A program made the translations under genes and the position numbers. Positions 27,229 through 36,771 of a stretch of DNA of 64,000 nucleotides are shown piece by piece. The first letter of the stretch is position 1, and each line of letters starts with the position of its first letter. The notes beneath the pieces are model-generated. The model saw nothing but the letters and a program-made list of their open reading frames with translations. It was not told where the DNA came from and searched no databases. This DNA is from Candidatus Krumholzibacteriia bacterium (GTDB lineage: Bacteria > Krumholzibacteriota > Krumholzibacteriia > JAJRXK01). The stretch covers positions 160,001 through 224,000 of the forward strand of contig JBGPIA010000001.1 in NCBI GenBank assembly GCA_041484665.1. The letters are read 5' to 3'.

Positions 27229-29943
27229 GTGCGGAAGGCTGCGTGGAAAGTGCTCTGGACCGTGCTCTTCCGCTTGCGAGGCCTGCGCGCGCTGGCGCTG
27301 GGGCTTCTGGCCACAACCTGCCTCAGCGGCGGACCGCCGCGCTGCGGGCCGCAGCACTGCACGCCGTGGCACTTCGGGCCGCCAGCGGAGGACGAGCGAG
27401 GCTCCGCGGCGATGGACGCGCTGCGGATGTGGGCGGGCGCCCGCGCCTGGCCCTACCCCGCGATCCCCAGCGATGGCCACGCCCGGGCGTTCGACTACGC
27501 TCAAGCGGTGCTCGCGCCCGCACAGGGACTGCAGCAGCAACGGGGTGGCCGGGCTCGGGGACCCGACGGTGTCACGCCGGAATCGGAGGTCTTGGCGGCC
27601 GCACCGGGTTGGCGGGCACTGGGACCGATGAACGTCGGCGGCCGCACGCTGGCGTTGGCATTCAACCCGCAGAATCCCAGCACGCTGTGGGCGGGATCGG
27701 CCAGCGGCGGGCTATGGCGCAGCGCCACGGGCGGCCGCGGCGCCGCGGCCTGGACCTACGTGCCCACCGGTTTCCCCGTGCTGGCGGTGAGCAGCATCGC
27801 CGTCGACCCGGCCGATTCCAACACCATTCTCATTGGAACCGGCGAGGTGTACGGCCACCAGGCAGCCGACGGCGGCGTGGCGGAGCGCCTGGCCCGCGGC
27901 AGCTACGGTATCGGCATCCTCAAGAGCAACGACGGCGGGCGCACCTGGGTGAAGAGCCTCGACTGGTCGCGCCACCAGCAGCGCGGCGTCTGGAAGGTCG
28001 CCCTCGATCCGCTGAATCGGTCTCGCGTGTGGGCAGCCACGACCGAGGGGGTCTACCGCTCTTCCGACGGCGGATCGAGCTGGACGCAGTTGCTCGACGT
28101 GATCATGGCCACCGATCTCGAGATCCACCCCACACATCCCGATACCGTCTACGCGGCCTGCGGCAATCTGTTGAGCGCCGGGCGCGGGGTCTATCGCAGC
28201 ACCGACGGCGGCGCAACGTGGTCGCTGCTCGCCAACGGCTGGCCCGGGGACTTCGAGGGGAAGATCGAGCTGGCGCTGGCTCCCTCGGCGCCGCGCACCA
28301 TCTTCGCCAGCGTGGGCGTCTTCGCGCGCACCGGCACGACGCTCATCGACGGCAAGGGCAGTTGGCTCCTGCGCTCGCTGGACGGTGGGGACACCTGGAC
28401 CGTACAGACCAGCCAGGACTACGCGATCTACCAGGGTTGGTACTCCCACGATGTCGCGGTGCACCCGCTGGACCCACAGCGCGTCTACTTCGCCGGCCTG
28501 GACATCTGGCGCTCCGATGACGCCGGCGCCAATCCGCGCCAGATCAGCTTTCAGCAGAACGGATTCAACGGCCCGGTCCCGCCGGGCGGGCCGGAGGGTG
28601 AGCCCACCTACTCCCACGCCGACCACCACGTGCTGCTGTTCCACCCCACCAACCCCGACGTGCTGTACGAGGCCAACGACGGCGGCGTATTTCGCACGCT
28701 CGACGGTGGCGCGACTTGGCAGGGCTGCAACGGGGGTTACCAGTCGAGCCAGTTCTACAATGGCTTCAGCTCCAGCCCGCAGGACACCGTGCCCGCGATC
28801 GGAGGGCTGCAGGACAATTCCACGGTGATCTACCAGGGCGGCCCGGCGTGGAGCCGCGTGATCGGCGGCGACGGTGGTTGGGCGGCCATCGATCCGCGCG
28901 GTGCCAGCACCATGTACGGCACGATCCAGTACATGAGCCTGTGGCGCTCCACCAACGGCGGTGCGAGCTTCGCCAACATCAGTCCGCCTCCGGTCGGCGA
29001 CGTTGCGTTCATCGCGCCCTTCGTCGTCTCGCCAGCGTTCACGCAAGCGCTCTATGCGGGGCGCGATGTCGTATACCGCTCGCTCGACCGCGGCGGCAGC
29101 TGGACTGCCGGTGGCGCGCTGAACGGCAACCCGTTGCTGTGCCTGGCCACCTCCACCAAGAACGTAGCGCTGCTCTACGCCGGGGCCGTCCCGACACCGG
29201 CCGGGCACCACGTGTTCCTCTCCGCCGACCGCGCGACGACCTGGCTGGATATCTCGGCCGGACTCCCCAATCGCTATCCAATGGACATCGCCATCGATCC
29301 GGTCGACGAGCTCACGGCGTACGTGGTCCTCTCGGGCTTCGGCACGTCGCACCTGTTCCGCACCGGCAATGGCGGTGCGAGCTGGGAGGACATCGGGACG
29401 ACCCTGCCCGACGTTCCCACCTCAGCGGTGCTGCTGGACCCCGAACAGCCCGTGACGATCTACGTGGGCAACGACCTGGGGGTGTACGCGTCGCAGGACG
29501 GCGGCGGGTCGTGGCAGGCTCTCGGTGACGGGTTGCCCGACGCCGTGATCGTGATGGACCTCTCCTTGGTCCCTGGGGCGCGGCGGCTGCGTGTGGCCAC
29601 CCACGGCAACGGGGTCTACGAGCGGCCGCTGCTGCCACCGGCGCCGTCCACCCCGCAGAGGGCGGGCGTGGTGCTGGAGCAGAACCACCCCAACCCGTTC
29701 AACCCTCGCACGACGATCGAGTTCACGCTCGCGCGCTCGGCGCCAGTAACGCTCGCGATCTTCGATGCGGCGGGCCGGCGGGTGCGTACCCTGCTGCGCG
29801 GCGAGATGCGCTCGGCTGGAGGCAACAGCGCGGACTGGGATGGCACCGACGAAGCGGGGCGGCGCGTGGCCTCAGGGACGTACTACTACCGCATCGAGGC
29901 GAATGCTGCCTCGCAGGCACGGGCGATGACGCTGGTGAAGTGA
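27229..29943 (+). CDS. Secreted BNR/Asp-box (VPS10/GH74-like beta-propeller) protein with C-terminal FlgD-Ig-like domain
   Basis: Many SxDGGxTW repeats, GPMNVGGR, HADHH, GGLQDN; QNHPNPFNP tail; start uncertain. Confidence 0.85.
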   Translation: MRKAAWKVLWTVLFRLRGLRALALGLLATTCLSGGPPRCGPQHCTPWHFGPPAEDERGSAAMDALRMWAGARAWPYPAIPSDGHARAFDYAQAVLAPAQGLQQQRGGRARGPDGVTPESEVLAAAPGWRALGPMNVGGRTLALAFNPQNPSTLWAGSASGGLWRSATGGRGAAAWTYVPTGFPVLAVSSIAVDPADSNTILIGTGEVYGHQAADGGVAERLARGSYGIGILKSNDGGRTWVKSLDWSRHQQRGVWKVALDPLNRSRVWAATTEGVYRSSDGGSSWTQLLDVIMATDLEIHPTHPDTVYAACGNLLSAGRGVYRSTDGGATWSLLANGWPGDFEGKIELALAPSAPRTIFASVGVFARTGTTLIDGKGSWLLRSLDGGDTWTVQTSQDYAIYQGWYSHDVAVHPLDPQRVYFAGLDIWRSDDAGANPRQISFQQNGFNGPVPPGGPEGEPTYSHADHHVLLFHPTNPDVLYEANDGGVFRTLDGGATWQGCNGGYQSSQFYNGFSSSPQDTVPAIGGLQDNSTVIYQGGPAWSRVIGGDGGWAAIDPRGASTMYGTIQYMSLWRSTNGGASFANISPPPVGDVAFIAPFVVSPAFTQALYAGRDVVYRSLDRGGSWTAGGALNGNPLLCLATSTKNVALLYAGAVPTPAGHHVFLSADRATTWLDISAGLPNRYPMDIAIDPVDELTAYVVLSGFGTSHLFRTGNGGASWEDIGTTLPDVPTSAVLLDPEQPVTIYVGNDLGVYASQDGGGSWQALGDGLPDAVIVMDLSLVPGARRLRVATHGNGVYERPLLPPAPSTPQRAGVVLEQNHPNPFNPRTTIEFTLARSAPVTLAIFDAAGRRVRTLLRGEMRSAGGNSADWDGTDEAGRRVASGTYYYRIEANAASQARAMTLVK

Positions 29944-29998
29944 GGGGTGAAACCGGGACGACCGCAGGGGCGCGACCGCGACGACCCATGAGTCTGCG

Positions 29999-30030
29999 GC
30001 GGGCTCGTGCATACGCGGGCTCGTGCATAC
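29999..30030. repeat. Perfect tandem repeat GCGGGCTCGTGCATAC x2
   Basis: Read directly from sequence. Confidence 0.8.
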
Positions 30031-30122
30031 AATTTGCTCACGCGAATGCGCTCCTTGCAGCGATGCGCCCCTGCCGTCAGCGCGGTCTTTGAGCCGTCGC
30101 GGCCGTTGCGTCGACGCGCTCG

Positions 30123-30165
30123 TTGCACCGACGCACGCCTTGCACGGACGCACACCTTGCACCGA
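30123..30165. repeat. 17-bp tandem repeat TTGCAC[CG]GACGCAC[GA]CC x2.5
   Basis: Units at 30123-30139, 30140-30156, partial 30157-30165. Confidence 0.75.
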
Positions 30166-30344
30166 GGCCGGTGTGTGTAAGCACAATGTGTTTACGGCCC
30201 CACCGGAGATATGGAGCATCGCCCGCCACGGCTGGTTGTGCGCGGCGAACAGCCGTCTCCAGTCTTGGCCCGGGCCGCTCGTATCGCGTTCAATCCGCCG
30301 CCCCGCGCTCGCCGGTCAGGGATCGGCGGCGGCCCCCGGGGCCA

Positions 30345-32138
30345 TCAAATCGGCGCGGTAGCGCGCTTCAGCCACCGCCGCTCCGCCGCGTCCACCAGCG
30401 GCGACAGCGTGCGCCATACCCGAGCGTGGTACTCGTTGAGCCAGCGCCGCTCGGGCGGCGCGAGCGCGCGCCTGTCGATCAGGCGCGTCTCGATCGGGCA
30501 CATCGTCAACGTCTCGAAGGCGTAGAAGTCGCGCTCCTTGCTGGAGAGCCGCTCGTCCTTGACCACCAGGATCAGATTCTCAATGCGGATGCCATAGGCG
30601 CCCGCCTCGTAGTAACCGGGTTCGTTGGATTGGATGTTGCCCGGTTCCAGCGCGTCACCCACGTCGCGGGTTGGGCTGATCGCCTGCGGGCCTTCGTGCA
30701 CGTTGAGGTAGGCCCCGACGCCGTGACCAGTGCCATGGTTGTAGTCCAGGCCAGCCTCCCACAGGTACAGGCGCGCGAGCGTGTCCAGGCGCATTCCGCG
30801 CACACCTTGCGGGAACTTCACGCGGGCGAGCGCGACATGGCCGCGCAGCACGCGCGTGTAGCGGTCGGTTTGCCCGCGGGTGGCCTTGCCGCCCAGCAGC
30901 AGCGTGCGCGTGATGTCGGTCGTCCCATCGAGGTATTGTGCGCCCGAGTCGAGCAGGTAGATTCCGCGCGGCTTCAGCGGGACGTTGGTCTGCTCGCTGG
31001 AGGCGTAGTGAATGATCGCGCCGTGCTCGGCGTAGCCCGAGATCGTCCGGAAGCTCAGCCCCTGGAATCGAGCCCCTTCGGCGCGGAAGGCCTCGAGCTT
31101 GTCCTCGGCGGAGAGCTCGGTCACCTTGCCCGAGGGAACCGCCTGGTCCAGCCAGTACAGGAAGCGAACCATCGCAACTCCATCGCGCACGTGGGCAGCG
31201 CGGCTGCCATCGATCTCGGCGTCGTTCTTGCGCGACTTCATGCGATAGACTGGTGACGGCATCATGAGCAGGTCGGCGCCCTGCAGCAGATCGACGATCC
31301 AGCGGCTGGCCGTCCCCTCGTCCACCCAGACGCGGGTGCCCGCCGCGCCGAGGGCCCGCAGGGAGTCGGCGACCGCCGCGTAGGGCGCCAGATCCACGTG
31401 GCGCCCGAGTGCCCGCTGCACCTGCGGCGTCAGCTTCTGCGGATCGATGAAGAGCTGCGCGCGATCGTGGGTCACCAGCGCGTAGGCGATCGCCACCGGG
31501 TTGTACTCCACGTCGCGCCCACGCAGGTTGGTCAGCCAGGCGATGGCGTCCAGCGTCGTGAGCACGTGGGCTTGGGCGCGCTGCACCCGCATTTCCTTGC
31601 GCAGACGGGCCAGCTTGGAGGTCACGCTCTCACCGGCGTACTTCACGGGCAAAACGGCCAGCGGGCTCGGGGACGCCGCCGGCCGGTCGCGCCAGAGGGC
31701 GTCGACCAGGTTGTCATCGAGCAGCTGCAGACGCGCGCCCGACTCCTGCAGCGCCGCCTGCAGCGAACGCGCCTGGCGGGGCGAGAGCACGCGCGGATCC
31801 GCGCCGAGGGCCTCGCCGCTCCCCAGCGCGCCCTTGAGGTAGTCCGGCAAGCTGGGAACCCCGGGGTTGCCCTGGCGCTGCAGGCGGATGCCGCTGCCGC
31901 GCAGCTCAGACTCGGCCTGTAGCCAATAGCGCCCATCGGTCCATAGCTCGGCGCCCTTGCGGGTCACCAGCAGGTCGCCAGCCGAGCCGCTGAAACCGCT
32001 CAGCCAGCGACGGCGCTGCCAGCAATCGGGCACGTACTCGCTCTGGTGCGGGTCGGTGCTGGGAATGAAATAGGCGGCAACACCGTGCTTCTCCATCAGC
32101 ATGCGCAGGGCCTCGATCTTGTCCCTGGTGCTCATCAT
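30345..32138 (-). CDS. Aminopeptidase P (M24B, Xaa-Pro aminopeptidase)
   Basis: DPHQSEY, LLDSGAQYLDGTTDITRT, HGTGHGVG, VHEGP, SNEPGYY, GIRIEN. Confidence 0.93.
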   Translation of the reverse strand: MMSTRDKIEALRMLMEKHGVAAYFIPSTDPHQSEYVPDCWQRRRWLSGFSGSAGDLLVTRKGAELWTDGRYWLQAESELRGSGIRLQRQGNPGVPSLPDYLKGALGSGEALGADPRVLSPRQARSLQAALQESGARLQLLDDNLVDALWRDRPAASPSPLAVLPVKYAGESVTSKLARLRKEMRVQRAQAHVLTTLDAIAWLTNLRGRDVEYNPVAIAYALVTHDRAQLFIDPQKLTPQVQRALGRHVDLAPYAAVADSLRALGAAGTRVWVDEGTASRWIVDLLQGADLLMMPSPVYRMKSRKNDAEIDGSRAAHVRDGVAMVRFLYWLDQAVPSGKVTELSAEDKLEAFRAEGARFQGLSFRTISGYAEHGAIIHYASSEQTNVPLKPRGIYLLDSGAQYLDGTTDITRTLLLGGKATRGQTDRYTRVLRGHVALARVKFPQGVRGMRLDTLARLYLWEAGLDYNHGTGHGVGAYLNVHEGPQAISPTRDVGDALEPGNIQSNEPGYYEAGAYGIRIENLILVVKDERLSSKERDFYAFETLTMCPIETRLIDRRALAPPERRWLNEYHARVWRTLSPLVDAAERRWLKRATAPI

Positions 32139-32329
32139 CGTCACATCCTCTCCGTCGCCCCGTCGTCTTGGTGCTTGCTCTCGTTTCTACGTCGGCGGCG
32201 GCTGTCGCCCGCCCCGCCGGATGGCCGAGGTGCGCCCCTCCGGGTAGCGAGGTGCGCCCCACCGCGCGGCCAGCTACCTCGCCGGCAGCGGTCTCACGCC
32301 CATGGCCGGCCGCGTACGGTTCGCCACGC

Positions 32330-33928
32330 TCAGACCGGCGCCAGATGCTCCCCGTCGACCGCAACCGCGCCCTCCCGCGCCAGCTTGGACACCACAGACT
32401 GGACGCTGAGGGCGGCGAAGCCATGCATCGAAGCCGGGACGTCGGTGTAGACCCGCGTCACGACCTCCGCAATGGTCCCGGCGCCATCGCGGATGGCGGC
32501 CAGGATCGCCGCCTCGCGCGCGCGGCGGTGGGCGAGCTGCGCCACGACGGCCGCTGCGCCTGCCGCCGCGGCCGGGCCGTGCGATGGGAACACCACCCGG
32601 GCGGGCAGCTTCGCCAGGCGCTCGAGCGACTCCATGTATTGGACCATGTCTCCGTCACGCGGGTCCACGAGGATACTGGAAAGCGTCGAGATCATGTCGC
32701 CCGCGATCAGGCTGCCGTACTCCCGCTCGAAGAAGCACAGGTGCCCGGCGGCGTGCCCTGGGGTGAAGATCGTCTCCAGCTCCCAGCCCGCGCGCCCGCT
32801 GGGCGCGCGGCCCAAGGGCAGGCGGTCGCCGTCCTGCAGCGCCCGGTCGACTGCGATGCTGCCCGCCAGCAGGTCGCGGGTCACCGGGTGGGCCCACACC
32901 GGCAGCCGCCAGCGCGCGCGCACGCGCTCGACGGCCCCGATGTGATCGGGATGATGGTGCGTCAGCACGATCGCCGCAAGGCGGCGCCCGCGGTCGCAAG
33001 CCTCCTGGAGCACGTCCTGGAGGCGGGCGCCCTCGTCGTCGTAGGGGGTGGCCGGGTCGAGCAGGTAGGCCGGATCGGAGCCGACGAGAAAGGCGTTCGT
33101 GTGGGTCGCGGGCGGAATCGTCGGCGTACGCAGCGGGATGAGCTGCACCGCCGGATTGTAGAAGATGGGATGGATGCGCCCGCGGGTGAACGCGTCGCCC
33201 ATCCGTGTCATCTCGGCCGCGGCGTCGTCCCACCCGTGCCGCTCGAGCACCTGCAGCAGCAAGAGCACAGGCGGAGCGATCAGCAGCTCGCCCGCTCGCC
33301 AGCGGGCGAGCCAACGCTGCGGCGTGTCCCAGCCTCCGTCCACCAGCTCGCCGGGCCAGATCTGTGGCTCGCCTTGGCCCGGCCGTAGCGCGCCCGATTC
33401 GCTCGACGGCTCGCCGGGCTGCTCCTGCGGCGCACGAGGACCCGCTCGTGGCCGGCCCCCACCCGGGAGGTCGTCGAGGTCGGCCTGGAAGAACTGCGTG
33501 TCGAAGCGCAACAGCGTGAAGGCAGGCGTGACCATGCGCGCCAACGGACGCAGCAGCGCGCCGTTGACCCACCCCGCGCGCTCGCACAGCGCCGCGGCGA
33601 AAACCTCCGGATCGACAATCAGGCGTCGGCGCAGGTCATCGCTCTGCACGGCTTCCAGCGGGGGCGATAGCTCCGCCAGGCAGAGCCCTGTCTCCTCCAG
33701 CGCCTCGCGCGCCACTGCGAACATGAACGCGGCCAGGTCGGGTGGGGCGCCACGCACGCTCGCCGCGTGGGCCCCGTCACTGGCGCTTAGCGTGCCCCCG
33801 GGGAAGGCCCACAGGCCGCCGAAGGCGCGCAGCGTCGGCGCGCGGTGGACCAGGTAGACGCGATCATCCTGCGCGGAGCGCCGCAGCACGAGGCCGCAGG
33901 CCGGACGGATGGAGGGGCGCGCCACCAT
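32330..33928 (-). CDS. NUDIX-like + metallo-beta-lactamase-fold fusion hydrolase
   Basis: FPGG...REALEETG; THHHPDHIG, TPGHAAGH, GD, PSHG; ATG overlaps upstream TGA (TGATG). Confidence 0.85.
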   Translation of the reverse strand: MVARPSIRPACGLVLRRSAQDDRVYLVHRAPTLRAFGGLWAFPGGTLSASDGAHAASVRGAPPDLAAFMFAVAREALEETGLCLAELSPPLEAVQSDDLRRRLIVDPEVFAAALCERAGWVNGALLRPLARMVTPAFTLLRFDTQFFQADLDDLPGGGRPRAGPRAPQEQPGEPSSESGALRPGQGEPQIWPGELVDGGWDTPQRWLARWRAGELLIAPPVLLLLQVLERHGWDDAAAEMTRMGDAFTRGRIHPIFYNPAVQLIPLRTPTIPPATHTNAFLVGSDPAYLLDPATPYDDEGARLQDVLQEACDRGRRLAAIVLTHHHPDHIGAVERVRARWRLPVWAHPVTRDLLAGSIAVDRALQDGDRLPLGRAPSGRAGWELETIFTPGHAAGHLCFFEREYGSLIAGDMISTLSSILVDPRDGDMVQYMESLERLAKLPARVVFPSHGPAAAAGAAAVVAQLAHRRAREAAILAAIRDGAGTIAEVVTRVYTDVPASMHGFAALSVQSVVSKLAREGAVAVDGEHLAPV

Positions 33929-35292
33929 CAGAACGGCACGTCGCCGCCGGTCTCCTCCTCGAGTTTCTTGCGCAGCTGCTGCGCGTGGGAGCGCAGCGCA
34001 TCCACGACCCCCGCAGGCTTGCCCAGCTGCGTGGCCAGCGCGTCGGACTGGAGCGGCGCCGCGGCCTTGGCCCAGTCGCGCCAGCGCGCGAGCGCCGTTA
34101 CCTGCGGGCAGCTGCTGGCCGCGCGGCCGAAGGCCGCCTCGGCGGCGCTGTACTTCCCGGCGGCGAAGCTGTGCAACCCCTCGTCGTAGGCCAACGCGCC
34201 CGCGAGGCTCGTCGGCATCCAGGACGCCGGATCGCCGCCGGGCGCAGCGACGCCGGCGGTCTTCCACAGCTCTGGCAGCGAGCGCGCCAGCGGCAGCAGC
34301 TCCTGTCCCTTGGCGCCGGGATCGATGGACGGTGACGCTGGCTCCCCCGCGCCCGAGCCGCTCAAGGGGATCAGCGCCAGGCGCACGTGCATGGTGCCGT
34401 CCTCGATCACGAGGAAGCTCGTTGCGAGCACCTTCTCCACGCCGCGCTTGGCCAGCGCTTTGGCCGTAATCGTGCGCGCTTGCGCATCGTCGAAGTCGGA
34501 AACGCCGCGCTTGTCGGCCGCCAGCCAGGCCAGGGTGTGGTCCGGGCCCAGGACGGTGATCCCCTTGGCGCCCTTCAGCCCCATCTCCAGCGCAACCGCC
34601 AGCGCCGATGACGCGCCACCGGCTCCCTTGTCCGACCCCTTGTCGGCGCCGCCCAGATCCGCGGGAGGCAGCATGGCCACGGTTGCCGCTCCCGCGCCGG
34701 CATCGTCATCACCGGGCTCGGCGGTCTGGGCTGCGGCGCGCAGCAACGACGCGCGCGTGCGCAGTCGCGCGGAGATTCCGGGCAACAGAACCCCCGCGCG
34801 CTCGTAGTCCTTCGCCGCTCCCTCGCCATCGCCGAGCATCTCGAGGGTCAGCGCGTGATAGCCGGCCAGGTACGGATCGTCAGCGAGCTGCGGGGCGGCG
34901 CGCTCGAGCGCCACCCGGGCATCCTTGTAGAGCCCCAGCCGCGCCTGCACGATGCCGAGGTCGCGCCAGCCAAGGGGGTCGTTGGGCTTGGAGGCCACCT
35001 TCTGGTTGAGCACATCCAGCAGGCCTGAGACCTTGTCGTCCGGCCGGGTCACCGCATCCGTCAGGAGACGCTCGGGCACCGCACCGCTCGCAGAGGACGC
35101 GGCGACAGAGGCCTTGGCCCCCACCGCCGAACTGCCCGTCGTGGCGCCGCACCCGGCAACGGTCAACGCGCAGACGGCCAGCCCGGCCGCGCAGACACCC
35201 AGGGCCAGCGCTGCGAGACCCCGCGCCACCGGCCCGCCCCGGACGACACGCCCATTCGCGCTGCACAGCCCACGGTTTCTCTCTTCGACCAT
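33928..35292 (-). CDS. TPR-containing lipoprotein with possible CsgG/FlgO-like alpha/beta domain
   Basis: Lipobox LTVAGC; TPR-like WRDLGIVQARLGLYKDARVALERA; C-terminal TPR-like helix pair. Confidence 0.6.
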   Translation of the reverse strand: MVEERNRGLCSANGRVVRGGPVARGLAALALGVCAAGLAVCALTVAGCGATTGSSAVGAKASVAASSASGAVPERLLTDAVTRPDDKVSGLLDVLNQKVASKPNDPLGWRDLGIVQARLGLYKDARVALERAAPQLADDPYLAGYHALTLEMLGDGEGAAKDYERAGVLLPGISARLRTRASLLRAAAQTAEPGDDDAGAGAATVAMLPPADLGGADKGSDKGAGGASSALAVALEMGLKGAKGITVLGPDHTLAWLAADKRGVSDFDDAQARTITAKALAKRGVEKVLATSFLVIEDGTMHVRLALIPLSGSGAGEPASPSIDPGAKGQELLPLARSLPELWKTAGVAAPGGDPASWMPTSLAGALAYDEGLHSFAAGKYSAAEAAFGRAASSCPQVTALARWRDWAKAAAPLQSDALATQLGKPAGVVDALRSHAQQLRKKLEEETGGDVPF

Positions 35293-35368
35293 GTCCCTCA
35301 CCCTCCTTTTCCACTCCACCCGCGCCGCCGGGCCGCACGCCGGCGGCTAAGCCGGCGCGCGTCAGCGG

Positions 35369-36718
35369 TCACTGATTCGCTGTCAACCCCTCCGGCTTGG
35401 GCAGCTCCATCGCCTGCGTGAGTGAGAGCCGCTCCTGCTGCTCGGCAATCGTGTTCATGGCGAACGTGGCGGGCTCGAAGTCGGGTCGCATGTCCAGGGC
35501 GAGCTGCAGCTGCTTGCGCGCGTTGCCGTAGTCCTCCTGGTCGGCGAACTCCAGCGCCTTGTGGTAGTGCTCCAGCGCCAGGACCGACTTGGCGCCTGCG
35601 CCCAGCTGCCCCACGTGCCGTGCGTTCCACTCGGTGAGCCGGCCGCCGGTGACGCACTCCGCCCACTGCACGATGGCCCGCTCGACGACCTTCATCACGT
35701 CAGCGCCCTTCCCCTCCGCCGTCGAGCCGCAGAGGTACTCGCCCGTCTCCACCGTGAACATGCTGATGCCGACCTTCACGCGGTCCTTCGCGTCGCGCAC
35801 GATCGAGCCTTCGATGAAGCCCTGGACGGCCGCGACGTTGCCGGCGCGGACCAGGCTCCCCTGGTCAAGCAGCTTCGCGTTGATCACGGCGTCGGACTTC
35901 AATCCGTTCTGCATGGCGATCTCGCGCATCAGCAGCTCGCGGCGGGTGTACGGCACCACCCGAACCGGCCGGGGCGCAGCGCCCGGGGTCTTCGCCGCTC
36001 CCTTGTCGGCCTTGAGCGTCCTGGAGTTGAGGTTCTCCTCCAGGAGCGACGTGACCAGCGTGGGCAGCGCAGTGGCCAGCGTGCCCAGGTCGAAGTCCTT
36101 GCGCGAGAGGTCGACCACATCGAAGTCAAGCAGCGCCAGGTTGTAGAGCCCGGGGCTGCCGCCCAAGAAACCGAAGGAGCGGTAGGCATCGAAGATGGGC
36201 TGGCGCCAGCTGGCGGGATAGGTGTCCAGCGACTTGGGCCGCCAGGCCGCGTCGTTGCGCAGCACCTCCTGGTAGCACTGCTGCGCGCTGCTGAAGTTCT
36301 TGGCGATCGAATAGAGCTCGGCCATGAGCTCGAGGCTCTCGATGCGCCCGCCCACGCTCATCTCGGCGCGGTGGTTCTCCCAGAGGGCCTTCACGCAGGA
36401 GAAGGATTCGGTGAGCTTGCCGGCGGCGCGCAGGTCGCGGCAGTTCTGCCGCTCGATGCCGAAGGTGTCCACGCCCTTGGCGTCCTCGCCAACCGCGGCG
36501 GAGGCAGCCGCCGGTGGCGTCCCGGCAGTCGCCTGCGTGCCGGGAGCGGTGGGCGTCCCGGCGGCCGGAGGCGTAGCGGTCGGCTTGGCCGTCGTGCCCG
36601 GGGGTGGCGTGCCGGCGGACGGCGGCGGCGTCCCCGCCTGCGACGCGGCAGCCGCCAGCTGCGCGCCGGGGGCCAGGACGATCAGGCCCAGCGCCAGGTA
36701 GTAGAGCGAGCGCTTCAT
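35369..36718 (-). CDS. Exported TPR + CsgG/FlgO-like protein with Pro/Ala/Thr linker
   Basis: Signal peptide; LALLDFD...RRELLMREIAMQNG...AVQGFIEGSI...MFTVETGE; terminal TPR-like HYHKALE...LDMRPDF. Confidence 0.65.
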   Translation of the reverse strand: MKRSLYYLALGLIVLAPGAQLAAAASQAGTPPPSAGTPPPGTTAKPTATPPAAGTPTAPGTQATAGTPPAAASAAVGEDAKGVDTFGIERQNCRDLRAAGKLTESFSCVKALWENHRAEMSVGGRIESLELMAELYSIAKNFSSAQQCYQEVLRNDAAWRPKSLDTYPASWRQPIFDAYRSFGFLGGSPGLYNLALLDFDVVDLSRKDFDLGTLATALPTLVTSLLEENLNSRTLKADKGAAKTPGAAPRPVRVVPYTRRELLMREIAMQNGLKSDAVINAKLLDQGSLVRAGNVAAVQGFIEGSIVRDAKDRVKVGISMFTVETGEYLCGSTAEGKGADVMKVVERAIVQWAECVTGGRLTEWNARHVGQLGAGAKSVLALEHYHKALEFADQEDYGNARKQLQLALDMRPDFEPATFAMNTIAEQQERLSLTQAMELPKPEGLTANQ

Positions 36719-36771
36719 GGTTGGGTCTCCTTCCACAGCGGGGACTGCACGCGCACAGGGGTGGCGAGCGC

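Noticed and set aside
29999..30165. CRISPR array
   Set aside because: Repeats are 16-17 bp, directly adjacent without spacers, and no cas genes are present
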